In this document: positions 42,088 to 60,267 of the stretch, piece after piece
Layout: every line of letters starts with the position of its first letter
Position numbering within the stretch: the first letter of the stretch is position 1
Origin: Verrucomicrobiota bacterium
GTDB taxonomy: Bacteria; Verrucomicrobiota; Verrucomicrobiia; Opitutales; UBA953
Assembly (NCBI GenBank): GCA_046301395.1
Contig: JBKCKE010000077.1
Span: 1-60,619 of the forward strand
Length of the DNA stretch: 60,619 nt
Reading direction: 5' to 3'
Position numbers and translations under genes: made by a program
Notes under the pieces: model-generated
What the model saw: the letters and a program-made list of their open reading frames with translations, nothing else
Databases searched by the model: none
What the model was told of the DNA's origin: nothing

Positions 42088-44352
42088 TCAGGGCGTCGGC
42101 GGGGTCGTGCCGGACGGTTCGTCGACGTAATACTTACGGTAGGAGGAGTCGTAGGTGTCCGTGTAGGCCGAGGCCATCCGGAGGGACATCGCATTGAGCA
42201 CGACGCCGAGCAGTGGGGCCTGGGCGTCGCGCAGACGGCCGAGGCAGGCAACGGCGTTCCGCAGGTTGACCGTGTTGTAGCGGACGACGTAGAGCACCCC
42301 GTCGACCTTCGGCAGGAGGTGGAGGGAATCGGAGACGGCGCCGATGGGCGGCGAGTCGATGAAGATGCGGTCGTAGCGGCCACGCAGGCCGTCGATCATC
42401 TCGAGGAACTTAGGGTGGTTGATCACCTGCGTCGGGTTCTTGCAGCTGATTCCGACCGGCAAGACGTCGAGTCCCGGCGCCACGTCATGCACGATCGCGT
42501 CATCCAACGAAACCTCGCCGTTGAACCAGCGGCTCAGGCCGGCGTCGCCGGTGAAGCCCAGCGACGGACCCACGTTCGGGAGGCGTAAGTCGGCGTCGAT
42601 GACGAGCACGCGTTCGGAGTGCTGCGCGAAGATCAGCGCCAGGTTGGTCACGACGAAAGTCTTGCCTTCGCTCGGCCGGGTGGAGGTCACCAGGAAGACG
42701 CGCGCCTGGGCGACGGCGGGATTGACCTTGAGCGCCGAGTAGATCGACCGCACGGCCTCCGTGGCGATGCGGTCCTTGTCCTGACGGGCGAGCAAGGCGC
42801 GGTCCGGGCCGGCGGTCGCGACGACCTTGGGAATCGTGCCGATCAGGGGCAGGCCGAGGGAGCCCTCGACGTCCTGGGCGGACTTGATGCGGTCGTCCAA
42901 GGTGCCGAGCACGACGATCAGGACCACGCCGAAACCGAGGCCGAGGCCGAGGCCCACGAGGGCGCTGAAGTAATAGTTCTTGTTGATCGGCTTGTCCGAC
43001 ACGGAAGGCATGTCGAGGATGCGGATCGACGTGCTGGTGCCGGAGGTCGAGGAGCGGAGCTTGGCCTCTTCGTAATTGAGCTTCTGGCGGCCGAGGAACT
43101 CCTCGTTGGCGCGGATGTCCTTGTCGACGCGCTCGAGCTCGACGTTGGCGGCCTGCAGTTTGGAGATCTCTTCTTCCTTCGCGACGAGGTTACGGAGGAT
43201 GGCCTCATGGCGGGCCTTGGCGTTCTCCAGGGCGGCCCGGCGGGACTTCACGGCCTGCGTGACGGCCTCGTTGAGCTGACGCTCGACCTGATTGAGCGCC
43301 TCGCGCTCCGCGATGAGCTTAGGATGCTGGTCGGTGAGTTCCTCCGTCATCTGGCTGATGCGGATCTTCGAGGCGCTGATGGCGGTCTGGGCGGCGGCGA
43401 CGTCGGTGTCGGCCCGGATCTGCGGGATGTCGCCGATCGGACGACCGGCCTGCTCGTAGCTGGCGATCACGGCGACGAGGATCTCGTTCTCGTCGATCTG
43501 CTTGCGGGTCTCCTCGCGGTCCTTGACGAGCACCGAACGCTCGGTGGTGAGCGTATTGGTGTCCTTGGCGATGGAAAGGAGCTTCTGATTCCTGATGAGC
43601 TCGTTCTTCTGCTCGTAGAGCCGGCGGACCTTGTCGTCGAGCGTCTCGATCTCGATACGGGCCTTCTCGACGAGCGGGTTCGTGACCATCAGGCGGTCGT
43701 CTTCGCTGTACTTCTGGATGGATTCGCAGAAAAGACGGGCGACCTGCCGGGCGAGGTCGCGGTTCGGGTGGGTGAAGTCGACGTTGATGACGAGGGTCTG
43801 GCGCTGCGGGGTGATCCCGCGCTGCTTGGCGAAGACCTCCTGCGGGGTCAGCGGACCCGAGAAGATGTTACCGGCCTGATAAGGCTCCAGGACGTACTTG
43901 AGCTCGGCCGCCGTGAGACGCTTCGAGACGCCTTCGATGATGTTGGCGCTGCGCATCGCCTCGACCGCCGTGAAGAAGTCGTCATTGGAGACGATCTTGA
44001 AATTATCGTCGGCCGCGGACGAACCGCCGTTGATGTTCGGGGCCAGGCGGAAGACGCGGAGACGGCCGGTGGCGCGATATTCCGCGGTCGTATTGAAGGT
44101 GCTGAGCAGGGCGAGCGTCAGGAAGACGAGCGCGGAGAGGATGACCCACCAGTAGCGTTCCCGCAGCATGAGCAGGTAGCCCATGATCGGGTTGGCGGAG
44201 GCGGGGCGCTGGCCGGAGCCGTAGCCACCGTACCCATATCCCTGCCCCTGCCCGGCGCCGTAGCCGCCGTAGCCATAAGAGCCATAGCCACGGGAGCCGC
44301 CGCGGGCGGGTTCAGCCGGGCGGCCGGAGGAAGCGGGGTCGGGCGTGGCCAT
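42088..44352 (-). CDS. Polysaccharide co-polymerase / BY-kinase (Wzc/GumC/EpsB-like)
   Basis: 754 aa. It has a Wzz-like periplasmic coiled region between two TM segments and kinase motifs SEGKTFVVTNLA, VIDADLR and IDSPP. The C-terminal Tyr cluster is YTDTYDSSYRKYY, and the N-terminus is unusually Gly/Tyr-rich. Confidence 0.85.
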   Translation of the reverse strand: MATPDPASSGRPAEPARGGSRGYGSYGYGGYGAGQGQGYGYGGYGSGQRPASANPIMGYLLMLRERYWWVILSALVFLTLALLSTFNTTAEYRATGRLRVFRLAPNINGGSSAADDNFKIVSNDDFFTAVEAMRSANIIEGVSKRLTAAELKYVLEPYQAGNIFSGPLTPQEVFAKQRGITPQRQTLVINVDFTHPNRDLARQVARLFCESIQKYSEDDRLMVTNPLVEKARIEIETLDDKVRRLYEQKNELIRNQKLLSIAKDTNTLTTERSVLVKDREETRKQIDENEILVAVIASYEQAGRPIGDIPQIRADTDVAAAQTAISASKIRISQMTEELTDQHPKLIAEREALNQVERQLNEAVTQAVKSRRAALENAKARHEAILRNLVAKEEEISKLQAANVELERVDKDIRANEEFLGRQKLNYEEAKLRSSTSGTSTSIRILDMPSVSDKPINKNYYFSALVGLGLGLGFGVVLIVVLGTLDDRIKSAQDVEGSLGLPLIGTIPKVVATAGPDRALLARQDKDRIATEAVRSIYSALKVNPAVAQARVFLVTSTRPSEGKTFVVTNLALIFAQHSERVLVIDADLRLPNVGPSLGFTGDAGLSRWFNGEVSLDDAIVHDVAPGLDVLPVGISCKNPTQVINHPKFLEMIDGLRGRYDRIFIDSPPIGAVSDSLHLLPKVDGVLYVVRYNTVNLRNAVACLGRLRDAQAPLLGVVLNAMSLRMASAYTDTYDSSYRKYYVDEPSGTTPPTP

Positions 44353-44358
44353 GTGGGC

Positions 44359-45156
44359 TTAGATGCGGCTGTCGCGTACGTAGATCTGGTCTTCATCCTC
44401 GAGGACGAAGTCCGGTTCGTCACCGTCGTCGATCCGCCGGACGTCCTTGGTGATGACCATCGGCGAACCCGGGCGGGCGCGCTTGATGGTGACTTCGGAG
44501 CGGTTGCCGCGCGGCAGGACGCCGCCGGCCATCGCCAGGGCGCGGCCGAGCGTGAGGGTCTCTTCGGGCGGGATCGAGACGGGGCCGGGCTTGCCGACGT
44601 AGCCCGAGACATACACGCGGCGTTCGGCGTAGGTGACGATGGAGATGGCGACCTGCGGCTTCTTGAAATACTGGCGGAACTGGTTGGCGAGTTCGACCTG
44701 CGCCTGCGTGAGCGTGAGGCCCGCGACCGGCACGAGCTTCTTCAGGAAGGGGATGTCGACGGTGCCGTCGGAATTGATGCGTCGTTCGATCTGCGTGTCC
44801 GGCTGATTGATCACGAGGATGCGGACGAAATCACGCGGGCGCAGGCGGTAGCTGTTCTGGCCGTCGGCCGGATCGGCCTGCACCGTCGGCGTCGCGATGA
44901 CGTAATCAGCGGGCGCGGCGGCCGGCTTCACGGCGTCGGCGGCGGCGGGCGCAGGGACGAACGCACCGGCAACGGGCTCTCCGGAGCCGGCCCCGATGGT
45001 GAGCACGTTCTCGGGCTCGAGGGCGGTGGAAGAGAAACCCGCGCCGTCAGAAGCCGCGCAGGCCGTGAGGAGGAAGGCGAGACAGCCGACTCCGAGCAGG
45101 CGATGAAGGACGGAAGGCATGGGTAAGACGGTAAGCAAGAAGCCGGTCCGGGTCAA
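44359..45156 (-). CDS. Outer-membrane polysaccharide export (OPX, Wza-like) lipoprotein, short form
   Basis: Lipobox FLLTAC. Poly_export and SLBB-like motifs are present (YRLRPRDFVRILV...DGTVDIPFL...VYVSGYVGKPG). It is only 265 aa, and I see no C-terminal amphipathic helix region. Confidence 0.75.
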   Translation of the reverse strand: MTRTGFLLTVLPMPSVLHRLLGVGCLAFLLTACAASDGAGFSSTALEPENVLTIGAGSGEPVAGAFVPAPAAADAVKPAAAPADYVIATPTVQADPADGQNSYRLRPRDFVRILVINQPDTQIERRINSDGTVDIPFLKKLVPVAGLTLTQAQVELANQFRQYFKKPQVAISIVTYAERRVYVSGYVGKPGPVSIPPEETLTLGRALAMAGGVLPRGNRSEVTIKRARPGSPMVITKDVRRIDDGDEPDFVLEDEDQIYVRDSRI

Positions 45157-45297
45157 CCGGTCCCGCAGGGCATCATGCCCCCGGAGAGACCGCCGAGAGG
45201 GGGCGCTGGCAGGAAATCCGCCAGCCCACGGAGAGGAGCACGGCCGGGTCGACGAAGACCAGGGCCTTGCTCATGCCTCCGCGCCCTTCCCTGCCGC

Positions 45298-46557
45298 TTA
45301 GTAGCGGAAGGAGGCGGACACCGAGAAGGTGTTCGAGTCGAAGGTCGACGAGGCGTTGGAGGCCTTGGCGTCCGTGAAGTTGTAATTCGCCTGGAAGCTC
45401 AGGTGCGAATTGTACTTGTAGCTGGCGCCCAGGACGTAGGTCATCGTGTCGATCGTCGTCAGGAGCGAGTTAGCGGCGACTTCGACGTCGCTCTTGGAGA
45501 CGGAGAGGTTGAAGTCGAGGTCTTCGGCGGCGGCGTAGCTGACGCCGTAGTTATAAGTGAGGGTCTCCATGCGACCGTTGGTCGTGGCGGCGCTGATGTC
45601 ACGGCCGAGGGTCAGCGAGTGGCTGAGGCGCTCCGTGAGCACATGGCTCAGGCTGACCGAGTAGGACGGGTCGGTCTGGGTCTCGGTGTTGTCGTAGTTG
45701 TAGCGATTGAAGCCGGCGCGGATCACGCCGTTGAGCTTGCCAGATTCGGTCAGCTGACCCTTGGCCGTGAGGCCGGCGAAGTCCTTCTCGAGGCGCTGGT
45801 GGTCGAGGGCCGGGCGGACCGGCGTGGCACTGCTGAAGTAAGGAGCGGCCGAGTAATCGGTCACGTCATGCTGCAGGACGAGGCCGAAGCTGAGCTTCTC
45901 GAAGGCCTGGTAATCGAAGCTGAGCGGCATCGACTGGGTGTTCAGCTCGGTCAGCGGGTTGGTGTTAAAGGTCGAAACCCCGCTGTTCACGATCGTGACC
46001 GGGTCGAGGTACTGGTTGAAGCTGCGGATGTAACCGAGGCCGACGGAGAGACGTTCGGTCAGCTTGTAGTCGGCGCGGAAGTTATGGACGTAATTACCCT
46101 GACGGACGAGCGTGGCGCCGATGACGGAACCGCTGACGCCCTGCATCTGCAGATCGTCGTTACGGGCGGTGACGCGGTAGGAGGAGTTGAGCGAAAGCTT
46201 CAGGGGGCCGCCGTCGGCGTAAGTCACCCCGAGGCTGAGGGCGTCGCGGTCATCTTCGAGTCCGGCGAACTGGGAGCCGTTGAAGTGGACCAGGGAGCGG
46301 CTGGCCTTGAACTCTACGGACAAGGCGGAGTCCTTGCCGTATTCGAGGGCCAGGCCAGGGGTGACGAGCCACTGCGTGGCGGACGTCTTGGTCGCGCCGG
46401 AGTAGAGATTATCGGTCACTTCCAGGTAGGTGGAGGCGTCGAAGAAGAGGTCGCAGTCGTTGCCGATCTGCACGAGGGGCGAAGTCGGAACCCAGTTGGC
46501 GCCATGGACCAGGGTCGTGACGGTGAGGGCCGAGGCAGCGATAAGGAAGCGAGACAT
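45298..46557 (-). CDS. Outer-membrane beta-barrel protein
   Basis: The Met at 46557 gives signal peptide MSRFLIAASALTVTTLVHG. Alternating-hydrophobicity strands run throughout, and the C-terminus is ...SVSASFRY (aromatic end). Confidence 0.65.
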   Translation of the reverse strand: MSRFLIAASALTVTTLVHGANWVPTSPLVQIGNDCDLFFDASTYLEVTDNLYSGATKTSATQWLVTPGLALEYGKDSALSVEFKASRSLVHFNGSQFAGLEDDRDALSLGVTYADGGPLKLSLNSSYRVTARNDDLQMQGVSGSVIGATLVRQGNYVHNFRADYKLTERLSVGLGYIRSFNQYLDPVTIVNSGVSTFNTNPLTELNTQSMPLSFDYQAFEKLSFGLVLQHDVTDYSAAPYFSSATPVRPALDHQRLEKDFAGLTAKGQLTESGKLNGVIRAGFNRYNYDNTETQTDPSYSVSLSHVLTERLSHSLTLGRDISAATTNGRMETLTYNYGVSYAAAEDLDFNLSVSKSDVEVAANSLLTTIDTMTYVLGASYKYNSHLSFQANYNFTDAKASNASSTFDSNTFSVSASFRY

Positions 46558-46634
46558 GGGGGTGTTCTTGGGGGGTACCAGAGAGATAGGTGAAATGCGG
46601 ATGGCTTCAACCCCCAAACAGGGGGAAATAGCCT

Positions 46635-46669
46635 AAAAACAAAGACCCCGCCCGGTCAGGGGCGGGGTC
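46635..46669 (-). terminator. Rho-independent terminator after rpoC
   Basis: The minus strand reads GACCCCGCCC-CTGACC-GGGCGGGGTC followed by TTTGTTTTT. Confidence 0.8.
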
Positions 46670-46691
46670 GTGAGCGACCTCAATGCCAGCT

Positions 46692-51026
<4,335 letters not shown>

Positions 51027-51061
51027 GTCTGTTAAGGTCTGGGTGTGGGTACGACGGACGC

Positions 51062-55168
<4,107 letters not shown>

Positions 55169-55575
55169 CGTGGCCTCTCATTTTCGTCGCCTTTGTGGGG
55201 CGAACCTTCCGGGAACGACTGCCATCGGCCCCGGGTTGAATTTCGAATCGTCTCGAAGGAACGAAGCGCAAAGTCAGGAATTAAATCCCGGTCCCGGCCC
55301 CAACCACCTTCAAAACGCAAAACAACGCGCGGGGCGCATCACTGCACCCGCCCGTCCAAACACTCCGCTTTACGGACTGAAAAAGCCCGAAATCTGACTG
55401 TCTCCCAACGGCTTCCGCCAGGGACCCTGCCGCCCCCGTCGCCTACCGTGTTTTTCCGCTGCCAACCCGATATGGGATGGCAATAAAGGAGATTCGAGGG
55501 TTAAGTCCACGGATCCCCACACTTTTTTGTGTCCAACACGCCACGCGACAACCTGTCGCACGCCGTTTGCATGGC

Positions 55576-55601
55576 CCGGGAGCGCCCTGCGGCGCTCCCG
55601 G
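55576..55601 (-). terminator. Strong hairpin just downstream of rplL (candidate rplL-rpoB attenuator), no U-tract
   Basis: 11-bp stem CCGGGAGCGCC / GGCGCTCCCGG with a 4-nt loop, ending 8 nt downstream of the rplL stop. Confidence 0.4.
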
Positions 55602-55609
55602 ATCGCGCA

Positions 55610-55987
55610 TTACTTGAGCTCGACCTTGGCGCCAGCCTTCTCGAGCTGGGCCTTGATCTTGTCTGCTTCTTCCTTGTTGACGCCTTCCTTGACGGGCTTC
55701 GGAGCGCCTTCGACGAGGTCCTTGGCTTCCTTCAGGCCCAGGCCGGTGATGGCGCGGACTTCCTTGATGACTTCGATCTTCTTGTCGCCGGCAGCAGCCA
55801 GCACGACGGTGAATTCGGTCTTCTCTTCAGCCGGAGCAGCGGCAGCACCACCAGCAGCCGGACCAGCCACCGCAACGGCGGCAGCGGCGGACACGCCCCA
55901 CTTTTCTTCGAGGAGCTTGGCGAGTTCAGCCGCTTCGAGCACGGTGAGGCTCGAGAGGTCGTCGACGATTTTCTGCAGATCAGCCAT
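55610..55987 (-). CDS. rplL: 50S ribosomal protein L7/L12
   Basis: [33 protein letters not shown]...[18 protein letters not shown]. Confidence 0.97.
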   Translation of the reverse strand: MADLQKIVDDLSSLTVLEAAELAKLLEEKWGVSAAAAVAVAGPAAGGAAAAPAEEKTEFTVVLAAAGDKKIEVIKEVRAITGLGLKEAKDLVEGAPKPVKEGVNKEEADKIKAQLEKAGAKVELK

Positions 55988-56040
55988 TGTTCAGTTCCTT
56001 AAACGTTTGGTTCGAACCAGGTTTGAGATTAGCGAAGGGG

Positions 56041-56559
56041 TCAGGCCGCTTCGCCCTTTGAGGCATGAGCCTGAATGACGCGCGCGAGCTTGGCCGCAGG
56101 CGCGTTGGAGAGCTGAGCAAGCTTGGTCGCCGGCGCCACGAGGAGGCCAACGATCTTGCCGCGCAGTTCGTCGAGCGACGGCAGTGAGGCGAGCGCCTTC
56201 ACGCTGTCGACATTCAGGACGGTTTTACCCATCGAGCCGCCGAGGATGACGAACTTCTCGTTCGCCTTGGCGAATTCGATGGCAACCTTTGGCGCCGCAA
56301 CCGGATCGTTCGAAGTAGCGATCACGGTCGGCCCCTTCAGCAGGGAGCCGATGGCAGCGACGTCAGTGCCTTCAAGAGCAATTTTGGCGAGACGGTTCTT
56401 CGAGACCTTCACCGATGCGCCCGCCTGCTTCATCTGCATGCGCAGCTTCTGCATCTGGGCCACGGTGAGGCCGGAATAGTGAGCAACGATCGCAACCGAC
56501 GTGGTCTTGAAGACCTCGTTAAGTTGTTCGACCGACTCTTTTTTTGCCGCTCGTTCCAC
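56041..56559 (-). CDS. rplJ: 50S ribosomal protein L10 (GTG start preferred)
   Basis: Track ORF 56041..56619. Family N-termini begin at (M)ERAAKKE, which corresponds to the GTG at 56559. Confidence 0.9.
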   Translation of the reverse strand: MERAAKKESVEQLNEVFKTTSVAIVAHYSGLTVAQMQKLRMQMKQAGASVKVSKNRLAKIALEGTDVAAIGSLLKGPTVIATSNDPVAAPKVAIEFAKANEKFVILGGSMGKTVLNVDSVKALASLPSLDELRGKIVGLLVAPATKLAQLSNAPAAKLARVIQAHASKGEAA

Positions 56560-56780
56560 AGCAAGCTCTTTCCGGTTGGCGGCCTTTCCGCGAAGGCAGG
56601 ACCGCCGGGTTGCACCCATCGTCCCGCCCTAAACCTGATCCGGAGGGTCCAAGACCCTCGGACATGCCGGGCAAGACGACATCTAGAAGCCTGCCCTCCC
56701 AGAGCCTTACGGCCATGGGCTGTCGAGGTTCGAACCAAACCAGCCTTCCAGCCGCGAACATGCCGCGACGTGAAGCGCAA
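56560..56780 (-). promoter_or_regulatory. Structured rplJ 5' leader (candidate L10 leader)
   Basis: There is 580 nt of non-coding sequence upstream of rplJ with GC-rich hairpins, for example TCCGAGGGTC-TTG-GACCCTCCGGA. This is a positional inference only; I did not match it to a covariance model. Confidence 0.3.
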
Positions 56781-57139
56781 AATCCGGTCTTCACCCGTCT
56801 ATGCAGGCCATGCGATTAAGCCGTTGAAAACATGAAGTTCTCGCGGGCGCCTGCAGTCTTGGACAGGATCGAGGCACTTCAGCACGCTGAAGCCCCCTGC
56901 TCTCACTCCGATCCGAGGCGACGGGTCCCCTTCCTTTCGAGCATCCTTGCGGGCATGCGGAAAGGAATGATCTCCTATCAACTCAGGTTTTCGGAATGCG
57001 AGCACAGACATGCCAGCAAGTGCCAGCACGCCCGGAAGGCGCTATGTAGCCGGTCCTGCCTGGCTTGCCAAGAGCAAATATTGGACCAGTTTCATATGAC
57101 GGACGGGGAGCCGGCTCCGGTCACGGAGCCGGTAGCTGC

Positions 57140-58093
57140 TCAGGTGCCACTCACCTTATAGGGCAGCGGCGTACCGGCAAAGAACGCGTCGAGATTGGCG
57201 AGCACGCAGTCCTGCATCGCGACGTGCGATTCCAGAGTGTGGCCGCCGAGATGCGGTGACAGCACCACGTTCGGCAGCGCGGTCAGCGCGTCCGGCGCAT
57301 GCGGCTCCTGGGCAAACACGTCGAGGCCGGCGCCGGCGATGGTTCCGTCAGTCAGAGCCGCAACCAGCGCCTTCTCGTCGATGACCGAGCCGCGCGAGAT
57401 GTTGACGACGTGCCCGTCGCCGCCGAGCCGACGCAGGATGTCGGCGTCGATCACATTGACATTGTCGGCGCCGGCGCGGACCGCGATGACAAGCACGCTG
57501 CACCAGTCGGCCAGCGCCTCGAGGCTCGGCAGGTACTGATACGGCAGGTCATATTTGGTACGGCTGAAATAGCCGACCTCGGTCTCGAAGGCCGCAACGC
57601 GGCTCGCGATCTTGCGGCCGATCTCGCCCATGCCGTAGACGCCGACCTTGCGGCCGCGCATGCCGGCCTGCGGTCGCATCATCGGCGACGGTTTTGCACC
57701 GGCCCAGTCGCCGCTGCGGACATAATTGTCGGCGACCGGCAGACGCCGCACCGATGCCAGCATCAAGGTCAGCGCGATGTCGGCGACCGAGGCCGCATTG
57801 GCGCCGGGGCTGTGGCCGACAGCGATGCCGCGCCTGGCGGCGGCGGCGAGATCGACGCCGTCATAGCCGGTGCCGTAGCAGACGATCGCGCCGAGCTTCG
57901 GCAGCATGTCCATGGCATCGCCCCGGAGCGGCGTGCCGCCCGCGGTGATCATGGCGCTGACGTCGGCGAGCTCGGCCACCGGGAACGCTTCGTCCAGCCG
58001 CTTGCCTGCCGCGTTGAGCAGCTCATAGCGCTCGCCGAAGCGGATCAGCTGGGCCTTGGGAAAGCGTGAATAGACCAGGACCTTATCGGGCAT
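57140..58093 (-). CDS. D-isomer-specific 2-hydroxyacid dehydrogenase (glyoxylate/hydroxypyruvate reductase-like)
   Basis: 317 aa. NAD fold VGVYGMGEIGRKIA. The catalytic region is NISRGSVIDE...LDVF..EP...SPHLGGHT. Confidence 0.85.
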   Translation of the reverse strand: MPDKVLVYSRFPKAQLIRFGERYELLNAAGKRLDEAFPVAELADVSAMITAGGTPLRGDAMDMLPKLGAIVCYGTGYDGVDLAAAARRGIAVGHSPGANAASVADIALTLMLASVRRLPVADNYVRSGDWAGAKPSPMMRPQAGMRGRKVGVYGMGEIGRKIASRVAAFETEVGYFSRTKYDLPYQYLPSLEALADWCSVLVIAVRAGADNVNVIDADILRRLGGDGHVVNISRGSVIDEKALVAALTDGTIAGAGLDVFAQEPHAPDALTALPNVVLSPHLGGHTLESHVAMQDCVLANLDAFFAGTPLPYKVSGT

Positions 58094-58207
58094 TGTTCTT
58101 GTTTCCTGCGAGAGGCTTCACCTGGAGCCTTTTCCATTCCAATTGAAGCGGAACGCGGCTCTCGATTCTCGTTCTGACGCGTTTGCTCCGCTCGAAAACG
58201 CTCCGGG

Positions 58208-58245
58208 AAAAACAAAGGGCGGAACCGGTTGCCCGATCCCGCCCC
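58208..58245 (-). terminator. Rho-independent terminator after rplA
   Basis: The minus strand reads GGGGCGGGATCGGGCAACCGGTTCCGCCC followed by TTTGTTTTT. Confidence 0.7.
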
Positions 58246-58271
58246 TCTTTATCTCGTCACGGCCAAAGATA

Positions 58272-58964
<693 letters not shown>

Positions 58965-58970
58965 GGCCCG

Positions 58971-59399
58971 TTACCCCGCAACTTCCAGACCCATCGAACG
59001 GGCAGAGCCCTCGACCATCTTCATGGCCGATTCAATGGTATCGCAATTCAAGTCCTTCATCTTCTTCTCGGCGATCTCGCGCACCTGCGCCTTGGTCACC
59101 TTGCCGGCCTTGTCGCGGCCCGGCGCCTTCGATCCGGACTGGATCTTGGCGGCCTGCTTGAGGAAGTAGGACATCGGAGGGGTCTTCATCTCGAAGGTGA
59201 AGGACCGGTCCGCATAGATCGTGATGATCACCGGGATCGGGGTGTTCTTCTCTTCCTTCTGGGTCTGCGCGTTGAACGCCTTGCAGAACTCCATGATGTT
59301 CAGGCCGCGCTGACCAAGCGCGGGGCCGATCGGGGGCGAAGGATTCGCCGCACCGGCCGGGACCTGAAGCTTCAGGTATCCGGTCACTTTCTTTGCCAT
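58971..59399 (-). CDS. rplK: 50S ribosomal protein L11
   Basis: [43 protein letters not shown]. Confidence 0.97.
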   Translation of the reverse strand: MAKKVTGYLKLQVPAGAANPSPPIGPALGQRGLNIMEFCKAFNAQTQKEEKNTPIPVIITIYADRSFTFEMKTPPMSYFLKQAAKIQSGSKAPGRDKAGKVTKAQVREIAEKKMKDLNCDTIESAMKMVEGSARSMGLEVAG

Positions 59400-59527
59400 C
59401 TATCACTCCTGTTGTGCCGGACGGGGCCGGCGGTTTCAGGTTCCGTGGTTCGGTTGGAGGGGCTGGCGACCGCCTCCTCCCTCCCACGGCCTCAATTGAC
59501 GCGAGCCATATACCCCGCGCCGTCCGG

Positions 59528-60076
59528 TCAGACCACCTTTTCGACCTGACCGAATTCCAGTTCCACGGGCGTTGCGCGGCCGAAGATCGACACCGCGACC
59601 TTCACGCGCGAACGCGCCTCGTCGATTTCTTCCACCACGCCGGAGAACGAGGCGAACGGGCCGTCGGCCACGCGCACATTCTCGCCGATTTCGAACGACA
59701 CCGACGCCTTCGGACGCTCCACGCCCTCCTGCACCTGGTGCAGGATCCGCATCGCCTCGGCTTCCGAGATCGGCATCGGCTTGTTTTCCGCGCCGAGGAA
59801 GCCGGTGACCTTCGGCGTGTTCTTGATCAGATGGAACGCCTCGTCGGTCAGCTTCATCTTCACCAGCACATAGCCCGGGAAGAACTTGCGTTCGGCGTCG
59901 ATCTTGCGGCCGCGGCGCACCTCGGTGACCTTCTCGGTCGGCACCAGGATCTGCTCGAACAGCTCTTCGAGCCCGCGCTGCTTGGCCTGCTCGCGGATCG
60001 ATTCCTGAACCTTCGTCTCGAAGTTCGAATAGGCGTGGACGATGTACCAGCGCTTGTCCATCAATTGGGTGCTCAT
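59528..60076 (-). CDS. nusG: Transcription termination/antitermination factor NusG
   Basis: The Met at 60076 gives MSTQLMDKRWYIVHAYSNFE. The KOW motif is GENVRVADGPFASFSGVVEEID. Confidence 0.95.
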   Translation of the reverse strand: MSTQLMDKRWYIVHAYSNFETKVQESIREQAKQRGLEELFEQILVPTEKVTEVRRGRKIDAERKFFPGYVLVKMKLTDEAFHLIKNTPKVTGFLGAENKPMPISEAEAMRILHQVQEGVERPKASVSFEIGENVRVADGPFASFSGVVEEIDEARSRVKVAVSIFGRATPVELEFGQVEKVV

Positions 60077-60267
60077 CAGTGGATGCCCAGTATCAGGGTA
60101 ATCAGATAGCGGATGATTTGGTCCGCGGCGAAGAAGAAGATCGAGGCCAGCGCCACCATCACGAACACCATGATGGTGGTGATGGTCGTCTCGCGGCGCG
60201 TCGGCCAGGTGACCTTGGCGGTCTCCGAGCGCACTTCCTGCAGGAATTTGAACGGGCTGAAAGCCAT
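60076..60267 (-). CDS. secE: Preprotein translocase subunit SecE
   Basis: The Met at 60267 gives MAFSPFKFLQEVRSETAKVTWPTRRETTITTIMVFVMVALASIFFF. Its stop overlaps the nusG start. Confidence 0.85.
   Translation of the reverse strand: MAFSPFKFLQEVRSETAKVTWPTRRETTITTIMVFVMVALASIFFFAADQIIRYLITLILGIH

Noticed and set aside
56832-57161. A 109-aa plus-strand ORF in the rplJ leader region, along with other short ORFs between 56430 and 57030.
   Set aside because: It is Cys/Arg/His-rich with no motifs, overlaps the convergent dehydrogenase stop, and lies in a region better explained as a structured leader.
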